A DNA stretch of 58,445 nt, counting the filler, from Sluysia triapertura (taxonomy: Eukaryota): the NCBI GenBank assembly GCA_046118255.1. It is 4 parts of 4 records of this genome, joined end to end, with 100 filler letters (N's around TTAATTAATTAA, not from the genome) between each part and the next. Parts side by side here need not be neighbours in the genome. Positions count along the whole stretch, not along the records: positions 43,483 to 58,445 come from JBJNIA010243325.1; 3 more parts are not named here. One strand, given 5' to 3'. The position numbers and the translations under genes are program-made. Shown here piece after piece: positions 52,956 to 58,445 of the stretch (position 1 is the first letter of the stretch; each line of letters begins with the position of its first letter). The notes beneath the pieces were generated by a model. That model saw nothing but the letters and a program-made list of their open reading frames with translations, searched no databases and was not told the origin of the DNA.

Positions 52956-53774
52956 TTCTTTAATTCCATCTAGAATTAAAATAAATCGGTATCGCTTAGC
53001 TAATTCAGGCCAAATATTAATATCCATATTTATCGTGTTCGAAAAACTGAACACCATCATATCTGCATCTGGCAAGATATCTATACTACTTCGGTTTCCA
53101 AATCTACACTGTTTAAACCACAGGGAAGTTTTGTAACGTTGACACCATGCTCGATCTAATGCATAACTATTAAAGAGTATACATAACTTAAAATATGATA
53201 CATGTATTCTGACCAATGATGACATAAATCCATAGTATAATACACAATTTTTCTAGATTCACAACGGCATTGCAGAAATGCCAGAAAACCAGCAATATCT
53301 GATCCAGGACCTACACCTATACTAATTACTTTGTTTACTTCATTTACTAAATATTTTTCAATTTTTGGATTTTCAGGAATAACTCTTAAAATTAATGCTT
53401 GTATAAACGAAGTTGCACTATTTAAAAACCGATGACGAGCATAAGTGGCTCGAAAGTACTCGTTATCATAATATGATGTCATAAATTCCTTTTTACTCGA
53501 ACGACCTAACAAAAATTATTAAATAAAAATAAATACCCCATTCTTTATATAAGAATATTCCTTTGTTTTTATCATCAGATTTCAAATTTTCCTTAACTAA
53601 AGCATCTACAGGATTATATAATTTAAGTAAAACTGCTGATTCTTGATTTAACAAATGACGCAAATGATCGAATGATTCTACTTTCCAATCAACTTTTTCA
53701 TCTTCAGAAACCTTGCACAAGTATTCCCATAGCTCTTTATTTATATCATCAATTTCACTATCACATTCATTCAT
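52956..53774 (-). CDS. Class I SAM-dependent methyltransferase-like protein; exons 53774-53537, 53505-53202, 53166-52956; last exon not located
   Basis: Three ORF-track pieces join in frame after removing 31-nt (53536-53506) and 35-nt (53201-53167) GT-AG introns: ...LYKEWG/RSSKKEF...YARHRFLN...KVISIGVGPGSDIAGFL...IVYYTMDLCHHWSEYI/YALDRAW...DILPDADMMVFSFS...RFILILDGIKE. VISIGVGPGSD fits the glycine-rich motif I, followed by an acidic residue at the end of the next strand (YTMD). Confidence 0.8.
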
Positions 53775-54704
53775 ATTAAATACTTAATTAAATATAATCA
53801 TTAAAAACATGAAACGAACCTCTTCCAGTAAAAATAGAGTTTAAACAATAAAATCTAAAATGAATTATTTTATTAAGTTATTTTTACCTATTTTATAATT
53901 TTAAATTACTTAAAATGATTTATTAATTTATTATTTCTTAAAAAATAAATTAATTAGTTTTTTATTTATTAATTATTTAAACAAATTATTAAATTTAATG
54001 TTAATAGAATAACGAATAACGAGATTTTAAATAAATGAGTAAAACATTTAGGTCACTTTCTATATGTGCACATTTAAAATTCTAATACATTAAATGTGAT
54101 CTTAATAACACTGCTTTATTAAAATCAATTTTTCTCAGCTAACTTTTATACAATATTTGTACTTTCTTGTGGAATGTTTGGTCGTTTGGAAGGTAACGCA
54201 TTGTAAGACGTATCAATAAACAATAAAGAACAACTTAATTTTGGTTGCTTCCATTTTCCCAAATATGTGAAATTAAAAAAATTGTAATAATTTATTTCAA
54301 ATTAAACGAACTTTTGCATTGCGAAATCAACCTAAAGCCTAAAAGTAAAGTTATTTTATTATCAAAAAATTTTTAAGTATTGAATTTGATGCTGAACATT
54401 AAATTATGTTCAAATGCAAAATGGTTTCCAAATTTAGGAATCCTAAATACTTCTGAAATTTTTCAATATTTATAATAAAATTATTTAAAACTCAAGAAAT
54501 CATCTTAAAAGCTAAGTAAGTCAGATAAAATCTTCAAAAATGGAACCTGAATAGTTTAAATATAAAAAATTAATTGTTGTGCAAATATTTCAAAATTGAA
54601 ATACTATTTCAAGATATGCATTATCATTTTAAAGTGTTCGACAATTTCAAAAGAATTCCTGTCTTGGAATTATCCAAAAATAGTGAGTATTGTGACAAAC
54701 AAAC

Positions 54705-55420
54705 TGTGGTGGCCAACTTTATTATTAAAAATTTTAATACATCACAGTACACTAAAGTTTATAATTTTACAACATCAAAACCATGAATAACATCAAAATA
54801 ATTAAATTTGCTTTTTGAATCTAGTTGGAAAAAGTAAACTAAATGGAATTTCTTTTAACACATTTAACAACGTTGTTACTGTCTTCTTAATCTTCATTAC
54901 ATTTTCACTTTACTTTTATATCACCTCATTTACCTGTAAGAATAGAAAGAGAAATATTTTGAAAAAAGGAAGTGCGGAATTTAAAGAAATTTATGTAAAA
55001 AATTTATCCATTTTTATATTATTGTAATTATTTTATTTTATTTTACATTATTAATTATTATCATCATTATAGTGTTAGACTTCATAAAATGGACTGACCG
55101 GGGATCGAACCCGGGACCTTCGCTGCACAGTTCGAATGCTCCACCACTGAGCTATCAGCCCCGTCTAACGATTCTATTTTATTATAGTCAATTTTACCAA
55201 ATGGCACTTTAGGCCTTTTTACCCCAACAATAGTAATTATTGTCAACTCTGACAGTTTTTATTAAAAATTAATTTAAACTCTGTCAAACAATGACATTTT
55301 TCATTTACTGCCATCGTTTGACAGTTCTTTTTAACTGGAATTTTGTATGGCGACAAAATTAGCTGTCTGTGTATTGGCCATTACTATTTGCTTTGTTCCT
55401 GCTTTAATTGGCCAACGAAT
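54705..55420 (+). mobile_element. Cassette U7 5' module, interrupted by a tRNA-derived element
   Basis: TGTGGTGGCCAAC at 54705 and a spacer AAATTTATCCATTTTT. The hairpin CTGTCAAACAATGACA / TGCCATCGTTTGACAG (55281-55324) contains TGACATTTTTCATTTAC, identical to U4 40123-40139. ATTGGCCA sites at 55373 and 55407. Confidence 0.6.
55090..55161 (-). tRNA. tRNA-Ala-derived pseudogene or SINE head, with a degenerate anticodon arm
   Basis: GGGCTGATAGCTCAGTGGTGGAGCATTCGAACTGTGCAGCGAAGGTCCCGGGTTCGATCCCCGGTCAGTCCA has a 7-bp acceptor stem with G3:U70, an intact D arm/A box, a T arm/B box (GGTTCGATCC) and a TTTT terminator. The anticodon stem does not pair canonically and U33 is absent. Confidence 0.75.
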
Positions 55421-55599
55421 AAAATTCAATTAATACAGTCACAATACAATTTTTATTGTCACAAATATAAAGGTTCACAGAGTCACATTTAAAAATTGTA
55501 CCAAAATAAACATTGGCAACTTGCTCTTTTTCTATCAAACGAATTTAGATAGAATATTTTAATAAAATTAGTGTCAAATTCTATTAATAAAATTGATCA

Positions 55600-56383
55600 A
55601 TGCCTTAGTCATGAACATTTTCAAAAGATCATTTTAATTCAAAGTCATATACTCAATTGATGTTAAAAAACAATAATATGCTAAATAAATAGTAGGTATG
55701 AAGCTATTTATTATGATTTAAAGAATGGTTTGTTTGCTTTGATTGAATTAAAAAAAGATGTAGACAATATTTCTCTAAGAATTAATGCAATAAAAGATGT
55801 CTTAGCTAAAGAGTGTTCAAGTAAATACGAATTAGTTCAGACAAATAATTGTAAACATGATTTTGATGAAGAACGATGTAATAACACTAAAGCTCAAGTT
55901 AATAAAGCAAGCGGCAATATCACTATTAGCCCTATAATATTTCTAAAAGAATCTTTGACTATGAATAGTGAATCAAAATTAATATTGCTTATTCAAAGTC
56001 GTTAGATTCTTTTATATCAGACATTAACAGTAATCTACCCGATCAATCTATACATGTAATTACAACAAATTTTATAAGCAGTATTCATGAGTCAAAATAT
56101 GTCGCAAGCTTGTTCAATGAACCTCTTCAAACAGCAATTTCTGCGGGTACCGGCAATCCACATCTAATTAGTTCAAATATGTGTCCGTACATCACTTTTT
56201 TACGCCATGTACTTAATAAGAAGATATATGTGAAGGTATATTATTATATATTATTACATTATTATTACATTTTGGTGATGATCATTCTTACTTTTTATTT
56301 TTTTTTCATATGTATTTGCTTATCTTCCTAGACTATGGATCGAAACATGTTCAAAAATGCATCAACGTTTATTGTTACATAAT
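55600..56383 (+). pseudogene. Orphan cargo gene of cassette U7, disrupted
   Basis: ORF pieces 55730-56005 and 56110-56235 lie downstream of the hairpins. There is a GT-AG intron at about 56236-56331 and a short last exon. Confidence 0.4.
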
Positions 56384-56686
56384 TTTTGTTTGATAAAACA
56401 ATTTTTATTAAAATGATAAGTTTGTTCGCTTTCTTAGTTTGTGGAGGGCAAGAAATAGACAAATTTGCAGTCTATTATTATTTTTTTATCTTTTAATTAT
56501 TTTTGATATTTATCTGAAAATTTAATTGAAACGTAACTTCTTAATATTAGTTTAACAATTTGTAACAAAATTGGCTTAAGGCCTGTGAAAATTAGACAAT
56601 TCAATATTATAACAAAATTTAAACTTACAACCAAATTTGTTGTTTTATTAATAAAAATTAGGAAATAATAAAACAAATATAGTTAG

Positions 56687-58260
56687 TCACAATAATAAAA
56701 CTACGTGTTTTAGGACAGGACTGGTACAAGAATTTTCATGTGAGAAATATACTTTATAAATACCGAGAGGCATTTGATGTTGTAATGATGATAAATTATA
56801 CTGAATACGTGGAAGATAAAGTGACTGATTAGTTGGAATTGGATATGCACCCTCAAACATGGAACCAGTTGACATTGGATTAAACAAGTTATCAGGATGA
56901 ACCATAGTCGGTAAACCGTTGAAATTATGTGATTGTTGACTGGAATTTGTACTAGGTAATTGATTGTTATTATTGTTATTCTCCCGCTTGAATAGTTTTT
57001 CATTACAAGAACTAAAAAATTTACTCTCTTCAGTTTCAGTCATAATATTAGGCCTGGCTTCTGTGATATTGGTTTGATTATATAATATTAATTGCTGTTC
57101 AATTTGATTAGACAAAAGATTGGTTGGATTTCTTTCAAAACGAGTTATTACGCCATCTAATCCGCAATACTTAGACATGCTAATGCACCATGCGAGGATC
57201 AACGTGATTAGGAACTGTATGATCATGAATTATAGCACCTCGTGTTATTTGTAATACTGGATAAAGGGATTGTTTTAAAAGAAGCATCAAAGTAATGTCT
57301 GCATCAAATGAAGTAAAAACTACTTTTCGAGCATAACCATGATCACAACTTCTACTAACTACCTTTAAAATTTTATCAACTAATTTGTTTTTTGCATATA
57401 GTGTAATCTGGAATCTTTCGATTTTTCATCATTTTCGAGATAACCCGTTTCAATCCATTGTGGAAATTTAACTTCCAGAAACAATCCAAGATACGGATTT
57501 ACAAGATTAAATACATCTTCAAGTGTCGGAAATAATGTTCCATATACTTGAACGGGACCTTTAACAATACACATCTCATTCAATTTCATGGTTATTTGAT
57601 CAAGAGTCATTTGCCGCAATTGAGCCGGTTCCATTCCCACTTTTTCTTAATAATAATAATGATAAAAATAATAATTAATACTTCAAAATGAAAATTCATT
57701 TAAATAAATAAACCCGTCAACTAAATTATTGTTTAAAAAGTAAATGTTTACAAAATGTTAAAATTTATTATTACAATTTATGTTTGTAAGTCATTAGAAG
57801 AACATAGAAAAACTAATAATTTCGATTTTAATGTAAAGTAATATCCAGAAATAATAATACTCGAAAAAAATACTGCTAATTATAAAAAATTATTGCCTTA
57901 AAGAAAATTTAAACAAACGTATTTTAAAAAATATGATAATTGAATATTTTTAAAGCACTTCTGCATTAAATTTGAAAACCGTTTATAAAAAATTTTTTTA
58001 AGTTTATAAGAAAAAATACGTATAATAATAAAATTATTCCTAAATGATCTTGATGAGGTTAGCCAACAGCGTCAATTTGCACAAAATCATTAATCTACTG
58101 TTTCTATTTACTTTTCAATTATATTTCTATATTCTTATCTATAAGATTACTTTTCTTTCCATTAAGACATTATAACTTCTTCAAATATTAAAAATTATCC
58201 ACATAACAATTCACAACCATCGGTAAACCTTTACATCTTCTCGAGCCAAACCCAATCTTA
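56687..58260 (-). pseudogene. GPCPD1: Glycerophosphocholine phosphodiesterase GPCPD1/GDE5-like (GDPD domain), frameshifted
   Basis: FPTLEDVFNLVNPYLGLFLEVKFPQ is followed by a frameshift in an A-run near 57385, then NKLVDKILKVV...RKVVFTSFDADITLMLLLKQSLYPVLQITRG...DPR. A second frameshift near 57195 leads to AWCISMSKYCGLDGVITRFERNP. These match the GDE5 motifs FPTL, EIKYP, VFSSFDAD and KQ.KYP. Degraded upstream pieces (IGFGSRRCKGL, DFVQID) lie near 58060-58260. Confidence 0.75.
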
Positions 58261-58369
58261 AGAACATTAAAATTACAATAAAATGAAAAATTAAAGATTG
58301 TTACGATTTTTATGTTTATCTATAAAAGTAATTTATTAATCCCATTCTTTTATGTAAGAGTATTTAAAA

Positions 58370-58372
<3 letters not shown>

Positions 58373-58430
<58 letters not shown>

Positions 58431-58445
58431 GTTGTTGTTGTTGTT
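58373..58445. repeat. (ATT)n(GTT)n microsatellite
   Basis: Compound run at the window end. Confidence 0.95.

Noticed and set aside
55090-55161. Functional Thr-anticodon tRNA charged with Ala (genetic-code variant)
   Set aside because: The anticodon stem does not pair and U33 is missing, and the conserved genes translate normally with the standard code.

Overview
This is very AT-rich eukaryotic DNA, probably metazoan, with tiny GT-AG introns (31-56 nt), (AAT)n microsatellites and many decayed transposons. It is not prokaryotic, and most ORFs in the supplied track are spurious. Three artificial 100-nt linkers (44 N + TTAATTAATTAA + 44 N) split the window into four probably unrelated contigs: 1-19252, 19353-32050, 32151-43382 and 43483-58445. 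Recognisable host genes are three exons of a USP32-like deubiquitinase, a spliced SAM-dependent methyltransferase-like gene, a frameshifted GPCPD1/GDE5-like phosphodiesterase, and weaker remnants of a class A GPCR, a ZIP transporter and an LRR protein. Two tRNA-Ala-derived elements and hAT, Tigger, piggyBac, LINE and integrase relics are also present. The most striking feature is a dispersed modular cassette seen about 7 times on three contigs. It consists of a TGTRGTGGCCAAC terminus, a C/A-rich arm, a conserved spacer with an (ATT)n tract, two inverted-repeat hairpins with compensatory changes, and a variable orphan cargo gene with a short intron near its 3' end. The cargo includes a family of acidic-decapeptide-repeat CCCH zinc-finger genes. 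I read this as a candidate gene-carrying mobile element or portable promoter system. All homology calls come from manual translation and motif recall, not from database searches.
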